Shown: one piece after another, positions 18,954 through 29,584 of the stretch
Numbering within the stretch: the stretch's first letter is position 1
How the letters are laid out: every line of letters begins with the position of its first letter
DNA from: an uncultured Eubacteriales bacterium
GTDB lineage: Bacteria; Bacillota; Clostridia; Christensenellales; CAG-917
Assembly: GCA_900322215.1 (NCBI GenBank)
Contig: ONYW01000002.1
Location: 3,164-67,163 of the forward strand
Direction: 5' to 3'
Length of the DNA: 64,000 bases
Position numbers and translations under genes: made by a program
Notes under the pieces: generated by a model
What the model was told of the DNA's origin: nothing
The model's database searches: none
Seen by the model: only the letters and a program-made list of their open reading frames with translations

Positions 18954-19493
18954 TTACTTAGTTGCTCTCTTACCTTCTTTGTGGATAACCGTCTCATCCT
19001 TGTAGTGGATGCCGTATCCGTGGTAAGGTTCAACCGGCTTGATAGCCTTGATCGTTGCTGCGGTTTGACCGACAAGTTGTTTGTCGATGCCCTTGACTAC
19101 GATTTCGAGCGGTTGTGGAAGCGCAAACGAAATGCCTTCCGGAGCGACAACTTCAACAGGATGTGAGAAACCGATGTTCATCACGAGTTTGTTGCCTTGA
19201 ACCGTGAGTTTATAACCGACGCCGTTGACGATGAGAGACTTTTCAAATCCCTTTGTCACGCCGAGTACCATGTTGTGGATAAGCGCACGATAAAGGCCGT
19301 GGAGCGCTCTGTGGTCTTTGTCATCAGAGTGACGAGTGCAGACGATGTGGCCGTTTTCAAGTGCCACGTCAACGGACTTGTCAACCTTTTGCGTGAGTGT
19401 TCCGAGAGGACCTTTGACTGTGATGAGGTTGTCTTTGTTTTCAAATGTAACACCTTGCGGGAGTTCAATAGGGGCTCTACCGATTCTTGACAT
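18954..19493 (-). CDS. rplF: 50S ribosomal protein L6
   Basis: The ATG at 19493 lies 6 nt from [21 protein letters not shown]. Confidence 0.94.
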   Translation of the reverse strand: MSRIGRAPIELPQGVTFENKDNLITVKGPLGTLTQKVDKSVDVALENGHIVCTRHSDDKDHRALHGLYRALIHNMVLGVTKGFEKSLIVNGVGYKLTVQGNKLVMNIGFSHPVEVVAPEGISFALPQPLEIVVKGIDKQLVGQTAATIKAIKPVEPYHGYGIHYKDETVIHKEGKRATK

Positions 19494-19504
19494 AGCGCAC
19501 CTCC

Positions 19505-19900
19505 TTACCAAATGTAGGCAAGCACTTCGCCGCCGATGTGTTGAGCCTTTGCTTCTTTGTCCGTGAGAATTCCCTTTGAAGTTGAAAGGATGGCGATGCC
19601 CATACCGTTCAAAACTCTCGGGAGATTGTCAACGTTTGCATAAACGCGCAAGCCCGGTGTGGATACTCTCTTGAGGCCCGTAAGAACCTTTTGGTTCTTG
19701 TTCGGAGCATACTTGAGCGTGATGAGGATGGAGTTTTGCACTTCACCTTCGACGATCTCGTATGATTTTACATAGCCTTCTCTAACGAGGATATCTGCGA
19801 TTGCGACCTTGATTTTGCTCGCCGGAATTTCAACAGTTTCGTGCTTTGCGGTCAAGGCGTTTCTGATTCTTGTAAGCATATCTGCAATTGGATCTGTCAT
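19505..19900 (-). CDS. rpsH: 30S ribosomal protein S8
   Basis: [15 protein letters not shown]. Confidence 0.97.
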   Translation of the reverse strand: MTDPIADMLTRIRNALTAKHETVEIPASKIKVAIADILVREGYVKSYEIVEGEVQNSILITLKYAPNKNQKVLTGLKRVSTPGLRVYANVDNLPRVLNGMGIAILSTSKGILTDKEAKAQHIGGEVLAYIW

Positions 19901-19915
19901 AATCTGTGCCTCCTC

Positions 19916-20101
19916 TTACCAACTTGCTTTCTTCACTCCAGGAAGTTCACCCTTGTAGGCGAGGTTTCTGAAGCAAACTCTGCAAATACCATACTTTCTG
20001 AGTACGGCGTGTGGGCGTCCGCAAATACGGCAACGTGTATATTCACGTGTCGAGAACTTTTGTGGTCTTTGTTGCTTAACTTTCATTGATGTTTTCGCCA
20101 T
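19916..20101 (-). CDS. rpsN: 30S ribosomal protein S14, zinc-binding type Z (61 aa)
   Basis: [22 protein letters not shown]. Confidence 0.95.
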   Translation of the reverse strand: MAKTSMKVKQQRPQKFSTREYTRCRICGRPHAVLRKYGICRVCFRNLAYKGELPGVKKASW

Positions 20102-20111
20102 AGTTCACTCC

Positions 20112-20717
20112 TTACTTTGCAAAAGGCATACCGAGGAGCTTCAAAAGCTCACGAGCCTCTTCGTCTGTCTTTGCCGTTGTGACGACGCAGATGTCAAATC
20201 CTCTGACTTTCTCCACTTTGTCGAATTCGATTTCAGGGAAGATAAGTTGTTCCTTGACGCCGACTGCGTAGTTGCCTCTGCCGTCGAACGACTTTGAGGA
20301 TACGCCGCGGAAGTCGCGGACTCTTGGGAGTGCTATAGAGATGAATTTGTCAAGGAAGTCATACATTCTGTTGCCGCGAAGCGTGACCTTTGCGCCAACG
20401 TTCATGCCCTCTCTGACCTTGAAGTTTGCGACGGACTTCTTTGCTTTTGTGATAACCGGCTTTTGACCTGCGATCATTTTGAGCTCTTCGACTGCTTGTT
20501 GCAAGGATTTTGCATTGTCTTTGCAGTCGCCAAGTCCCATGTTGAGCACGACTTTTTCAAGGCGAGGAACTTCGTTGATGTTCTTGTAGCCAAAACGTTT
20601 GATGAGAGCCGGTACAACTTCTTCCGTGTACTGCTTTCTCATGCGATATCTTTCAGCATTACCAGCATTTGTATCGGTTGCAGGTGCTTTAGCAACCTGA
20701 TTCTTCTTTTCTGCCAC
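20112..20717 (-). CDS. rplE: 50S ribosomal protein L5 with ~25-aa N-terminal extension
   Basis: GTG start at 20717, 7 nt from GGAGG. The L5 core begins near [14 protein letters not shown]. Confidence 0.9.
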   Translation of the reverse strand: MAEKKNQVAKAPATDTNAGNAERYRMRKQYTEEVVPALIKRFGYKNINEVPRLEKVVLNMGLGDCKDNAKSLQQAVEELKMIAGQKPVITKAKKSVANFKVREGMNVGAKVTLRGNRMYDFLDKFISIALPRVRDFRGVSSKSFDGRGNYAVGVKEQLIFPEIEFDKVEKVRGFDICVVTTAKTDEEARELLKLLGMPFAK

Positions 20718-20735
20718 GATATTACCTCCGATTTA

Positions 20736-21131
20736 TTAGTCTTCCGACTTTTCTGCTTTCTTCTTTGCAGCTTTCTTTGCGACCTTCTTTGCGGAAGGTT
20801 TCTTTTCATCGAGTGACGCATGGCACTTCGGGCAGACTCTGACGGATTTTTGCTTGCCGTTTACGTCCTTGACCTCGTGTGCGACTCTGACGACTTCACC
20901 GCATGACGGGCAAACGTGCATGACGTTGGAAACGTCGATCGTGCCTTCTTGCTTGATGATACCGCCCTTGTCTTGTGCGTTTCTCGGTTTTCTGCTCTTT
21001 GATACTAAATTGATACCTTCGACGTAGATACGGTTGTCGTCTCTGACTTTAAGTACGGTGCCGACTTGACCAGCGTACTTGCCGCTGATAACCATAACGT
21101 TGTCGCCTTTTTTAACACTCAATTTTGCCAT
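20736..21131 (-). CDS. rplX: 50S ribosomal protein L24 with CxxC..CxxC ribbon and Lys-rich tail
   Basis: The ATG at 21131 lies 7 nt from GGAGGA. KOW motif VKKGDNVMVISGKYAG, CPSCG..CPKC, and the tail KKVAKKAAKKKAEK. Confidence 0.92.
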   Translation of the reverse strand: MAKLSVKKGDNVMVISGKYAGQVGTVLKVRDDNRIYVEGINLVSKSRKPRNAQDKGGIIKQEGTIDVSNVMHVCPSCGEVVRVAHEVKDVNGKQKSVRVCPKCHASLDEKKPSAKKVAKKAAKKKAEKSED

Positions 21132-21146
21132 AAATCGCTCCTCCAA

Positions 21147-21515
21147 TTACAAAACTTCTGGTGCGAGAGAAATGATCTTCGTGTAATCTTTGTCACGGAG
21201 TTCTCTTGCGATAGGCCCAAAAATACGAGTGCCTTGTGGTTGCTTTTGGTTGTCGATGATAACTGCCGCGTTGTCGTCGAACTTGATGTAGCTTCCGTCT
21301 TCTCTTTGGAGACCGAAAGTCGTTCTGACGATAACAGCCTTCACGACGTCACCCTTTTTCACTTTGCCGCCTGGGATTGCCGATTTTACGGAAGCAACGA
21401 TAACGTCACCGATATTGCCGCTTCTTCTGAAAGAACCGCCCAAGACTCTGATACACATAATTTCCTTAGCGCCGCTGTTGTCTGCGACTTTAAGCCAACT
21501 TAAAGGTTGAATCAT
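21147..21515 (-). CDS. rplN: 50S ribosomal protein L14
   Basis: [27 protein letters not shown]. Confidence 0.97.
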   Translation of the reverse strand: MIQPLSWLKVADNSGAKEIMCIRVLGGSFRRSGNIGDVIVASVKSAIPGGKVKKGDVVKAVIVRTTFGLQREDGSYIKFDDNAAVIIDNQKQPQGTRIFGPIARELRDKDYTKIISLAPEVL

Positions 21516-21527
21516 AGCGTCCCTCCA

Positions 21528-21785
21528 TTATTTCGCTTTCTCGATAATCTCAACGACTCTCCAGCATTTGTCTTTTGACAAAGGACGAGTCTCTGCGACG
21601 AGCACCTTATCGCCAATTCCGCACTCGTTGTTTTCATCGTGTGCTTTAAGCTTCTTGGTGCGACTTACAATCTTTTTATAAAGCGGATGTTTTACGCGTT
21701 CGCTGATGGATACGACAACAGTCTTGTCCATCTTGTCGCTGACGACGATACCCACTCTTTCTTTTCTAAGATTTCTTTCTTCCAT
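21528..21785 (-). CDS. rpsQ: 30S ribosomal protein S17
   Basis: [20 protein letters not shown]. Confidence 0.96.
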   Translation of the reverse strand: MEERNLRKERVGIVVSDKMDKTVVVSISERVKHPLYKKIVSRTKKLKAHDENNECGIGDKVLVAETRPLSKDKCWRVVEIIEKAK

Positions 21786-21797
21786 ATAGCCCTCCGA

Positions 21798-22007
21798 TTA
21801 ACCCTCGTTCTTTGCACGAGCAAGTTCTCTTTGACGGATAACAGTCTTGATACGAGCGATATCACGTCTAGTCTCAACAAGAAGCATAGGATTTGTCAAT
21901 TGATTCGTTGCGTTCTTAAAACGGAGAGAAAAGAGTTCCGCTTTGAGTTCGTTCAACTTATCTTGGAGTTCTTTATCTGTCATTTCCAATACTTGTTTTG
22001 ATTTCAT
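21798..22007 (-). CDS. rpmC: 50S ribosomal protein L29
   Basis: [18 protein letters not shown]. Confidence 0.95.
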   Translation of the reverse strand: MKSKQVLEMTDKELQDKLNELKAELFSLRFKNATNQLTNPMLLVETRRDIARIKTVIRQRELARAKNEG

Positions 22008-22441
22008 TGTTCACCGCCTTCGGCACCGTTGACCTCTTCCGCTCTGACAAACTTGCACTTTACGGGAAGTTTGTTTGCAGCAAGACGAAGTGCCTCTTTT
22101 GCTACTGATTCGTCGATACCCGCCATTTCAAACATGACGCGGCCCGGCTTAACGACTGCTACCCAATATTCCGGAGAACCTTTACCTGAACCCATACGAG
22201 TTTCGGCAGGCTTCTTTGTGACAGGCTTGTGCGGGAAGATGTCAACCCAGACTTGACCGCCACGCTTGATATATCTTGTCATAGCGACACGAGCTGCTTC
22301 GATTTGGTTGGAGGTAATCCAGCCCGGCTCTGTTGCAACAAGACCGAACTCGCCGTATGCGACGATGTTGCCCTTGTTCGCTTTGCCTTTCATTCTGCCG
22401 CGCATTTGTCTACGTCTCTTGACGCGTTTAGGCATTAACAT
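22004..22441 (-). CDS. rplP: 50S ribosomal protein L16
   Basis: [19 protein letters not shown]. Confidence 0.97.
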   Translation of the reverse strand: MLMPKRVKRRRQMRGRMKGKANKGNIVAYGEFGLVATEPGWITSNQIEAARVAMTRYIKRGGQVWVDIFPHKPVTKKPAETRMGSGKGSPEYWVAVVKPGRVMFEMAGIDESVAKEALRLAANKLPVKCKFVRAEEVNGAEGGEQ

Positions 22442-23103
22442 TATTGATTTCCTCCTTCAAGTGGATTTTTGCCAAGGACTTCGCCCTTGTAGATCCAGCA
22501 CTTGACGCCGATAGCACCAAATGTTGTGTTTGCTGTTGCAACGCCGTACTCGATGTCCGCACGAAGAGTTTGAAGCGGAATAGAACCTTCTCTATATTGC
22601 TCGCTTCTTGCGATTTCCGCGCCGTCAAGACGACCGGAAACCATAGTCTTGACACCCTTTGCACCGGCTTTCATTGCCTTGGACATCGCTTGCTTCATCG
22701 CACGGCGGAAAGACGCTCTTTGCTCGAGTTGATGAGCAATGTTCTCGGCGACGAGTTGTGCGTCCGCATCGGGATGTTTGACTTCCATGATGTTGATGCT
22801 GACTTTCTTGTCGCTTGCGACGAGCTTTTCGACTTCCTTCTTGATTTCTTCAACGCCTGCGCCCGCTTTGCCGATGAGGACTGCAGGTCTGGCCGTATGA
22901 ATTGCAACAACCACTTTGTCAGCCGCTCTTTCGATAACGATCTTGGAGATGGCTTGCTCGTAGTATTTCTTTTTGATAAATTTTCTGATCTTGTCGTCTT
23001 CTACGATATTGTCGGCAAAGTGAGCCTTGTCAGCATACCATTTAGAAGCCCAAGGTTTGATAACGCCGGTACGAAGACCATTTGGATCAACTTTTTGTCC
23101 CAT
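22441..23103 (-). CDS. rpsC: 30S ribosomal protein S3
   Basis: [18 protein letters not shown]. Confidence 0.97.
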   Translation of the reverse strand: MGQKVDPNGLRTGVIKPWASKWYADKAHFADNIVEDDKIRKFIKKKYYEQAISKIVIERAADKVVVAIHTARPAVLIGKAGAGVEEIKKEVEKLVASDKKVSINIMEVKHPDADAQLVAENIAHQLEQRASFRRAMKQAMSKAMKAGAKGVKTMVSGRLDGAEIARSEQYREGSIPLQTLRADIEYGVATANTTFGAIGVKCWIYKGEVLGKNPLEGGNQ

Positions 23104-23118
23104 TTGATATACCTCCTG

Positions 23119-23505
23119 TTATGCTCTCGTGTCGAGCACGATCGTGATGTGACTCGTTCTCTTGTTGATGCGGTATGCTCTGCCCTTAGACACAGGTTGG
23201 ATACGCTTGAGGGTCGGACCTTCGTTTGCGTACGCTTCTGCGACGAACATATCGCTCTTTGCAAGGTTTTGATTGTTTTCGCCGTTTGCCACTGCGCTGT
23301 TCAAGAGTTTGACGAGCACTTCGCTTGCAGCCTTTGGAGTGTTTTCCAAGATAGCAAGGGCTTCGACGACTGATTTGCCTCTGATGATGTTGAGCACGAC
23401 TCTAACTTTGAAAGGAGAGATTCTGACAAACTTAGCGGTTGCTCTTGGTCTCAAATCTGCATTTGCTTGACGATCCAAAGCTTTTTGTTTAGTTCTTGTA
23501 GCCAT
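23119..23505 (-). CDS. rplV: 50S ribosomal protein L22
   Basis: [23 protein letters not shown]. Confidence 0.96.
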   Translation of the reverse strand: MATRTKQKALDRQANADLRPRATAKFVRISPFKVRVVLNIIRGKSVVEALAILENTPKAASEVLVKLLNSAVANGENNQNLAKSDMFVAEAYANEGPTLKRIQPVSKGRAYRINKRTSHITIVLDTRA

Positions 23506-23518
23506 ATCTTCCTCCTAA

Positions 23519-23797
23519 TTATTTGCCGGCACTGGTCTTATCGCCCGCGTGACCTCTAAATGTACGCGTAGGTGCGAACTCGCCGAGTTTGCAACCGACC
23601 ATGTCCTCCGTGACGTAAACCGGAACGTGTTGTTTTCCGTTGTAAACTGCAATCGTGTGACCGACCATCTCAGGGAAAATCGTGGAGCTGCGGGACCAAG
23701 TCTTGACTGCCGTTTTGTTGCCGGACTCGTTCATCGCATTGATTCTGTTCATAAGGCGCTCTTCAACATACGGGCCTTTCTTTACACTTCTACTCAT
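23519..23797 (-). CDS. rpsS: 30S ribosomal protein S19
   Basis: [25 protein letters not shown]. Confidence 0.97.
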   Translation of the reverse strand: MSRSVKKGPYVEERLMNRINAMNESGNKTAVKTWSRSSTIFPEMVGHTIAVYNGKQHVPVYVTEDMVGCKLGEFAPTRTFRGHAGDKTSAGK

Positions 23798-23812
23798 TTT
23801 TGTCTCCTCCGA

Positions 23813-24640
23813 TTAGTTCACACGCTTGATGATGAACTTGCTTGAAGCGTTCTTCTTCTTTCTTGTCTTATAACCAAGAGCAGGCTTGCCCCAAGGCGTA
23901 ACAGGTGACGGCATACCGACAGGGGATTTGCCTTCGCCACCGCCGTGCGGGTGGTCGTTCGGGTTCATAACGACACCACGGACTGTTGGTCTTGTGCCCA
24001 TGTGGCGCGTCTTACCGGCTTTACCGACGCGGACGATTTCGTGATCGAGGTTGCCGACTTGACCGATTGTCGCACGGCACTTGATGAGGATGTATCTCAT
24101 CTCGCCGCTTGGCATACGAACGATTGCGTATTTGCCTTCTTTTGCCATAAGTTGAGCCGCGTTGCCGGCCGCTCTTGCGATAACGCCGCCGTTGCCCGGT
24201 TGCAACTCGATGTTGTGGATCATAGTACCAACAGGAATTGCGGAGAGCGGAAGTGCGTTGCCGACTCTGATATCTGCGTTTTCACCGCTTTCGAGTTTGT
24301 CGCCGACCGTGAGTCCGAGAGGTGCGAGAATGTATCTCTTTTCACCGTCTGCATAGACGAGAAGCGCGATGTTTGCGGAACGGTTCGGATCGTATTGAAT
24401 GGATTCAACTGTCGCCGGAATACCGTCCTTGTTTCTCTTGAAGTCGATGATACGATATTTGTTTCTGTTGCCGCCGCCGATGTGACGAACGGTGATTCTG
24501 CCTTGAGCGTTTCTACCGCCGCTCTTGTTGAGGCTCACGAGGAGTGAACGTTCAGGAGTCGTGCTGGTGATTTCTTCATAAGCAGAGACCGTCATAAAAC
24601 GACGTGCAGGAGATGTTGGTTTATATTTCTTAATAGCCAT
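23813..24640 (-). CDS. rplB: 50S ribosomal protein L2
   Basis: [26 protein letters not shown]. Confidence 0.97.
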   Translation of the reverse strand: MAIKKYKPTSPARRFMTVSAYEEITSTTPERSLLVSLNKSGGRNAQGRITVRHIGGGNRNKYRIIDFKRNKDGIPATVESIQYDPNRSANIALLVYADGEKRYILAPLGLTVGDKLESGENADIRVGNALPLSAIPVGTMIHNIELQPGNGGVIARAAGNAAQLMAKEGKYAIVRMPSGEMRYILIKCRATIGQVGNLDHEIVRVGKAGKTRHMGTRPTVRGVVMNPNDHPHGGGEGKSPVGMPSPVTPWGKPALGYKTRKKKNASSKFIIKRVN

Positions 24641-24653
24641 AATCTTTCTCTCC

Positions 24654-24944
24654 TTATGCCAAGCTCTCGAAGAATTCGATTGCCTTGCTGTCAGCGGTCA
24701 AAGTCACATAGGCTTTCTTGTATGCGGGACGTCTGCCCTCGTTTCTGCCCATTCTCTTGAGTTTGCCGTCGTAGTTTGCTGTGTTGACTTTTGCAACCTT
24801 CACGCCGAACACTTGTTCGACTGCCGCCTTGATTTGAGTTTTCGTTGCAGTTTTTGCGACCTTGAACGTGTATCTCTTGTTCGGAATACCGTCATAGCTC
24901 TTTTCTGAAAGGATCGGCTCTATGATGATGTCGTATGCTGTCAT
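24654..24944 (-). CDS. rplW: 50S ribosomal protein L23
   Basis: [18 protein letters not shown]. Confidence 0.95.
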   Translation of the reverse strand: MTAYDIIIEPILSEKSYDGIPNKRYTFKVAKTATKTQIKAAVEQVFGVKVAKVNTANYDGKLKRMGRNEGRRPAYKKAYVTLTADSKAIEFFESLA

Positions 24945-25561
24945 TTTACTGCCTCCTCAAATTTTTGAAGTGCGTCGATTGTGATAACGAGGTTCTTCGT
25001 GGACACGACGTCGTAAACGCTGAGAAGTCTTGCTTCTTGAACGCCGACCGTCGGGATGTTCTTGGATGCCTTCACTGCGTCGGCGTCGTACTCGCCGAGA
25101 ACAAAGAGCGTTCTGCCTTCGAGTGCAAGTGCCTTCACCGTGTTTGCAACAACCTTTGTCTTCACTTCGTCAAGTGCGAACTTGTCGAGGATGACCACTT
25201 CGTTTTGACGGATCTTCTCGGAAAGTGCTGAGAAGAAAGCCGCTGTCTTCATATTCTTGTTGATCTTTTGCGTAAAGCTTCTTGGCTTCTTTGCAAAGAC
25301 TACGCCGCCGCCAACGTATTGCGGAGCAACGATAGAGCCTTGACGTGCGCGACCCGTACCCTTTTGACGATAAGGTTTTGCACCGCCGCCACGAACTTCC
25401 GTACGTGTGAGCGCGCTCATTGTGCCTTGACGCTTGTTTGCAAGTTGTGCAACGACCACTTGGTGAATAAGTGCTTCGTTAAACTCGCACGCAAAGAGAG
25501 AACTGTCAACTTCAACCGTACCGGCCTTTTTACCGGCCATATTCAAAACATTAAGTTTCAT
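24941..25561 (-). CDS. rplD: 50S ribosomal protein L4
   Basis: RGGGAKPYRQKGTGRARQGS. Confidence 0.96.
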   Translation of the reverse strand: MKLNVLNMAGKKAGTVEVDSSLFACEFNEALIHQVVVAQLANKRQGTMSALTRTEVRGGGAKPYRQKGTGRARQGSIVAPQYVGGGVVFAKKPRSFTQKINKNMKTAAFFSALSEKIRQNEVVILDKFALDEVKTKVVANTVKALALEGRTLFVLGEYDADAVKASKNIPTVGVQEARLLSVYDVVSTKNLVITIDALQKFEEAVK

Positions 25562-25575
25562 ATTCTACCTCCGCA

Positions 25576-26211
25576 TTAACCCTTGACGGATTCCTTGATG
25601 ACGACGAGTCCGCCCTTCGGTCCCGGGATCGCTCCCTTGACGAGAAGAAGGTTTCTTGCCGCGTCGACTCTCACTACTTGCAAGTTTTGAACAGTGACCT
25701 TTTCATGACCCCATTGACCTGCCATGTGTTTGTTCTTGAAAACTCTTGATGGAGAGGAGCATGCGCCGAGAGAACCTGGTGCTCTGTGGATAGGACCGGT
25801 ACCATGTGTCATGGAGCCGATTCTTTGAGAATTCCATCTTTGGATGACACCGGAATATCCGTGACCTTTTGATGTACCGGTGACGTCAACCTTGTCGCCT
25901 TCAGCGAAGATGTCGCAGGTCAGTTCCTGTCCAAGCGCGAAGTTTGCACAGTTTGCGAAACGAAGTTCACGAAGGTATTTCTTGACTGTCACACCGGCCT
26001 TTTTGAAGTGTCCTGCTTCCGGCTTGTTGACTCTTGTTTCCTTGATAGCGCCAAAGCCGACTTGAATCGCTTCGTAGCCATCGTTTTCCTTTGTCTTCAC
26101 TTGAACGACCGGGCAAGGACCTGCTTCTACGACAGTTACAGGAATGACCTTTCCGTCAGGAGTGAAGATTTGGCTCATACCGAGCTTTTTACCGATGATT
26201 GCTTTATCCAT
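25576..26211 (-). CDS. rplC: 50S ribosomal protein L3
   Basis: [29 protein letters not shown]. Confidence 0.97.
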   Translation of the reverse strand: MDKAIIGKKLGMSQIFTPDGKVIPVTVVEAGPCPVVQVKTKENDGYEAIQVGFGAIKETRVNKPEAGHFKKAGVTVKKYLRELRFANCANFALGQELTCDIFAEGDKVDVTGTSKGHGYSGVIQRWNSQRIGSMTHGTGPIHRAPGSLGACSSPSRVFKNKHMAGQWGHEKVTVQNLQVVRVDAARNLLLVKGAIPGPKGGLVVIKESVKG

Positions 26212-26238
26212 GTAAAGTTCATCCTCCTTTTATTTCCG

Positions 26239-26547
26239 TTAGAGTTTGATTGAGATATCAACACCCGCCGGAAGGTCGAGCTTCATGAGAGAGTCGACCG
26301 TCTTGCTCGTCGGATTGTAGATATCGATCAAACGCTTGTGTGTTCTGAGTTCAAACTGCTCGCGGCTATCTTTATACTTGTGTGTAGCACGCAAAATCGT
26401 GATGACTTCCTTGTCGGTCGGAAGCGGAATAGGACCGGAAACTTTCGTTCCTGTCTTCTTCACTGTCTCAACGATTTTTTCAGCAGAAAGATCGATAAGA
26501 TTGTGATCGTACGCTTTGAGTTTAATTCTGATTTTTTGACCAGCCAT
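26239..26547 (-). CDS. rpsJ: 30S ribosomal protein S10
   Basis: [15 protein letters not shown]...IV. Confidence 0.97.
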   Translation of the reverse strand: MAGQKIRIKLKAYDHNLIDLSAEKIVETVKKTGTKVSGPIPLPTDKEVITILRATHKYKDSREQFELRTHKRLIDIYNPTSKTVDSLMKLDLPAGVDISIKL

Positions 26548-26651
26548 TATATAGCCTCCTAATACTTATAACACTTGTCCGTGTGTGTCGTTATTTTTTT
26601 CAACCGCCGCGACGCGACGGAAAATACGTGTTTTTTAAGACACGCTCGTAT

Positions 26652-26680
26652 AATTTACAATTTTTATGCACTAATGTCAA
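26652..26680 (-). promoter_or_regulatory. candidate S10-operon promoter
   Basis: Minus strand reads TTGACA, 17 nt, TAAATT, with a leader of about 100 nt before the rpsJ GGAGG. Confidence 0.45.
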
Positions 26681-26806
26681 GCAAAATTTTGGGTATTTTT
26701 GAAAAATTTTTAATTATTTTTTCGCCTTGTGCCTCATTCTCCCCCAAAGCACAAAATCTTGTATATTATTGAAAAAATTCTTAATGTAATATATTTAATA
26801 TATAAT

Positions 26807-26836
26807 AAAGGGCGAGCGAAGTTTCGCACGCCCTTT
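26807..26836. terminator. hairpin terminator after tsaD
   Basis: aaagggcg(26807-14)/cgcccttt(26829-36) with A/T-rich flanks on both sides. Confidence 0.6.
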
Positions 26837-26854
26837 ATATGCGGATTTTTAATT

Positions 26855-27877
26855 TCAAACAATACTCACCGTAGCACTTGCGTCCAAATCCAAATCAGCA
26901 GGTTGAGCGCCCGTCCTTATCAAGTTATACGCCTCTGCGCCTATCATCGCCGCGTTGTCCGTGCAATATTTGAGTTTCGGGTAATGTACGTCGCAACCCT
27001 CTCTTCCGAGGCGGTCGAACTCGGCTCGAAGCGCTGCGTTTGCGCTCACGCCGCCCGCGACGGCGATAGTCTTTATGCCCGTGTCATGAATGGCGCGAGA
27101 GAGTACGTCCACCAGTTGTGCGACCGCGGCTTTTTGAAAACTCGCCGCAACGTCAGCCTTTGGAATTTCTTCTCCCTTTTGTTCGAGGTTGTGGACGAGG
27201 TTGATGACGTAGGTCTTGAGCCCGGAATAACTGAAATACAGTTCGTTCGTATGGTGCGGGAGCGGACAATCGAATCTCGCCTGCCCTTCTTTTGCGAGTT
27301 TTTCGATTTCGGGACCGCCGGGGTACGGAAGTCCGAGCACGCGCGCGACTTTGTCAAAAGCCTCGCCTGCCGCGTCGTCCTTGCTTTGTCCCAAAAGTTT
27401 GAGAGTGGAATAGTCCTCGACTTTGACGATAGCCGTATGCCCACCGCTTGCAAGAAGACACAGGTATGGCGGCTCCAAAGCGCTGTCTATGTAGTTGGCT
27501 GCGATATGTCCGCGAATATGCGACACGGCAAAGAGCGGTTTATGCCAAGCGTATGCAAGCGCCTTTGCAAAGTTCACTCCGACGAGGAGCGCACCGAGAA
27601 GTCCCGCGCCGTAAGTCACTGCGATGGCGTCTATATCGTCCTTTGTCATATTTGCTTGACTCAGTGCCTCTTTCACGACATTCTCTATTGCGAGCGTATG
27701 ATTTCTACTCGCTATCTCAGGCACGACACCACCGAAACGGCGGTGGATTTCTATTTGCGTTGCGATGACGTTTGCAAGCACTTCCCTGCCGTTTTTGACG
27801 ATAGCGCACGCCGTCTCGTCGCAGCTCGACTCAATCGCCAGCACTATTAAATTTTGTTTATTATCAAGACTATTCAT
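26855..27877 (-). CDS. tsaD: tRNA N6-adenosine threonylcarbamoyltransferase TsaD
   Basis: LAIESSCDETA..HIAANY..GGVSAN motifs. The start is either the ATG at 27877 or the TTG at 27916, and neither has a clear SD. Confidence 0.9.
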   Translation of the reverse strand: MNSLDNKQNLIVLAIESSCDETACAIVKNGREVLANVIATQIEIHRRFGGVVPEIASRNHTLAIENVVKEALSQANMTKDDIDAIAVTYGAGLLGALLVGVNFAKALAYAWHKPLFAVSHIRGHIAANYIDSALEPPYLCLLASGGHTAIVKVEDYSTLKLLGQSKDDAAGEAFDKVARVLGLPYPGGPEIEKLAKEGQARFDCPLPHHTNELYFSYSGLKTYVINLVHNLEQKGEEIPKADVAASFQKAAVAQLVDVLSRAIHDTGIKTIAVAGGVSANAALRAEFDRLGREGCDVHYPKLKYCTDNAAMIGAEAYNLIRTGAQPADLDLDASATVSIV

Positions 27878-27966
27878 TTGTTGTTTTATGTGTTTAGATA
27901 TATTGTTTTCATTCAAACAAAGTTAGTCAAACCGCGATTATTTTCTTGTTATTCCTCAAAATCTGC

Positions 27967-28090
27967 TAAAACTTCGTGATTGAGATGGATGACAAGGAAG
28001 GTGCGCACACGAGCCCGAGCGTACTTATCGTACGTGACGGCGAGTGCACGCAAAGCTGACACAGTCAGGCGCTCAATCGCGGAGTTTTTC
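27967..28090. repeat. long palindromic hairpin repeat, copy Y (abuts prfB stop; likely acts as its terminator)
   Basis: gattgag(27978-84)...ctcaatc(28072-78). The base is conserved with 10607-10733, and the apex differs but still pairs (cgtac/gtacg versus gtgtac/gtacac). Confidence 0.8.
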
Positions 28091-29200
28091 TTATTTTTGT
28101 ATAGATGACAATTTCAAATACTCGTTGATAAATCCGTCGAGATCCCCGTCCATAACAGCCTGTACGTTGCCTGTTTCATAGTTCGTGCGGTGGTCTTTGA
28201 CCATCGTGTACGGGCAAAAGACGTAGGAGCGGATTTGACTGCCCCACTCGATTTTTTTGAGTTGTCCGCTGATGGCGGCAGCCTCTTCTTCACGCTCGCG
28301 CTCGCGCTTTTCGATGAGTTTTGAGCGGAGCATTTGCATTGCGACTTCGCGGTTTTGGATTTGGCTGCGCTCGTTTTGGCAAGCGACGATTATGCCCGTC
28401 GGAATATGCGTGATACGGATAGCGCTCTCCGTCTTGTTGACGTGCTGTCCGCCTGCACCCGAGGAACGGTAGGTATCCACCTTGAGGTCTTCGGGGCGGA
28501 TTTCAATTTCCGACGTGTCGATGATTTCAGGCATAACTTCGAGCGACGCAAACGAGGTATGTCTTCTTGCGTTTGCGTCAAAAGGAGAAATGCGGACGAG
28601 TCTATGCACGCCCTTCTCCGCTTTGAGGTAGCCGTATGCGTTGTCCCCCTCGACTCTAAAAGTCACGCTCTTAATGCCCGCTTCGTCGCCTGCGAGAAAG
28701 TCGAGTTCCGTAAGAGTCCAACCCGTGCGCTCTACGTATCTTGTGTACATACGGTACAGCATAGAGCACCAGTCCTGCGCCTCCGTTCCGCCTGCGCCCG
28801 CATGGAGAGTGAGGATCGCGTTGAGGCTGTCATACTTACCGCAGAGAAGTGTGGAAAGTGACAGGCTTTCGACGTGTCCTGCAAGTTCCGTGATGCTTTC
28901 GACGAGATTTTCGTCCTCTTTTTCATCACCCTCGAGTTCGACTATATCGACCGTATCGGTCATATCGTCGATGCGCGCTATCATCTTTTCAAACTTTTGA
29001 ATTTTGCTTTGCAACTGGCTGATTTCTTTGGACACCTTCTTTGCGTTGTCGGTATCGTTCCAAAAGCCATCGGCGTTTTGTTCTTCTTCAAGTTCCTTGA
29101 TTCTTGCGCGGCACTTGTCAGGGTTTATGCTCTCGTATGCGCGCACCATTTCGGCTCGCATATCTTTCAGTTTGTTTCTTTGTTCGTTATAATCTATCAT
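28091..29200 (-). CDS. prfB: peptide chain release factor 2, encoded in a single frame
   Basis: 369 aa with SPF (RISPFD) and GGQ (SGAGGQHVN) motifs. The N-terminus is contiguous, with no in-frame UGA frameshift site. Confidence 0.95.
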   Translation of the reverse strand: MIDYNEQRNKLKDMRAEMVRAYESINPDKCRARIKELEEEQNADGFWNDTDNAKKVSKEISQLQSKIQKFEKMIARIDDMTDTVDIVELEGDEKEDENLVESITELAGHVESLSLSTLLCGKYDSLNAILTLHAGAGGTEAQDWCSMLYRMYTRYVERTGWTLTELDFLAGDEAGIKSVTFRVEGDNAYGYLKAEKGVHRLVRISPFDANARRHTSFASLEVMPEIIDTSEIEIRPEDLKVDTYRSSGAGGQHVNKTESAIRITHIPTGIIVACQNERSQIQNREVAMQMLRSKLIEKREREREEEAAAISGQLKKIEWGSQIRSYVFCPYTMVKDHRTNYETGNVQAVMDGDLDGFINEYLKLSSIQK

Positions 29201-29287
29201 AAATTACCTTTCATCATTTCGAGCAAACAAAATATTCACATTCCTTCAAAACATAATCCTTGTTTGCTCTCATCGGTTTTGTTGTTC

Positions 29288-29584
29288 AACCTTAAATGCA
29301 ACGCCCCTTCCTGCTCCGCCAGTTTTCCCCACCGCGGAACAAGCCGAACACAAGTTGCTCACTTCTAAGGAATAAACAACATTGTCGTTCGCAACGTTGC
29401 TATTCCCTACAAGAGTGTATTACTCGCTCCGGGGACACCGAGTCGGCGCTCTAAAATCCGGTTTCCTCTATTCTTTGCCACTTAGCCTTTGGGACGCTCC
29501 GCAACAGAATGTCCCAAAGTCTCGTACTGAGTGCAGACCGAGGCACTCCGGGACTCCGCCATTGCGGAGTCGGTTCCGTCTTTG
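29288..29584 (-). ncRNA. unclassified ~300-nt structured RNA-like element, copy 1 (between secA and prfB)
   Basis: Reverse complement aligns with 45088-45388. Closing helix cggaac/gttccg, a perfect 8-bp hairpin gactccgc/gcggagtc, and two variable hairpins with compensatory changes. The strand is inferred from gene context. Confidence 0.6.
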
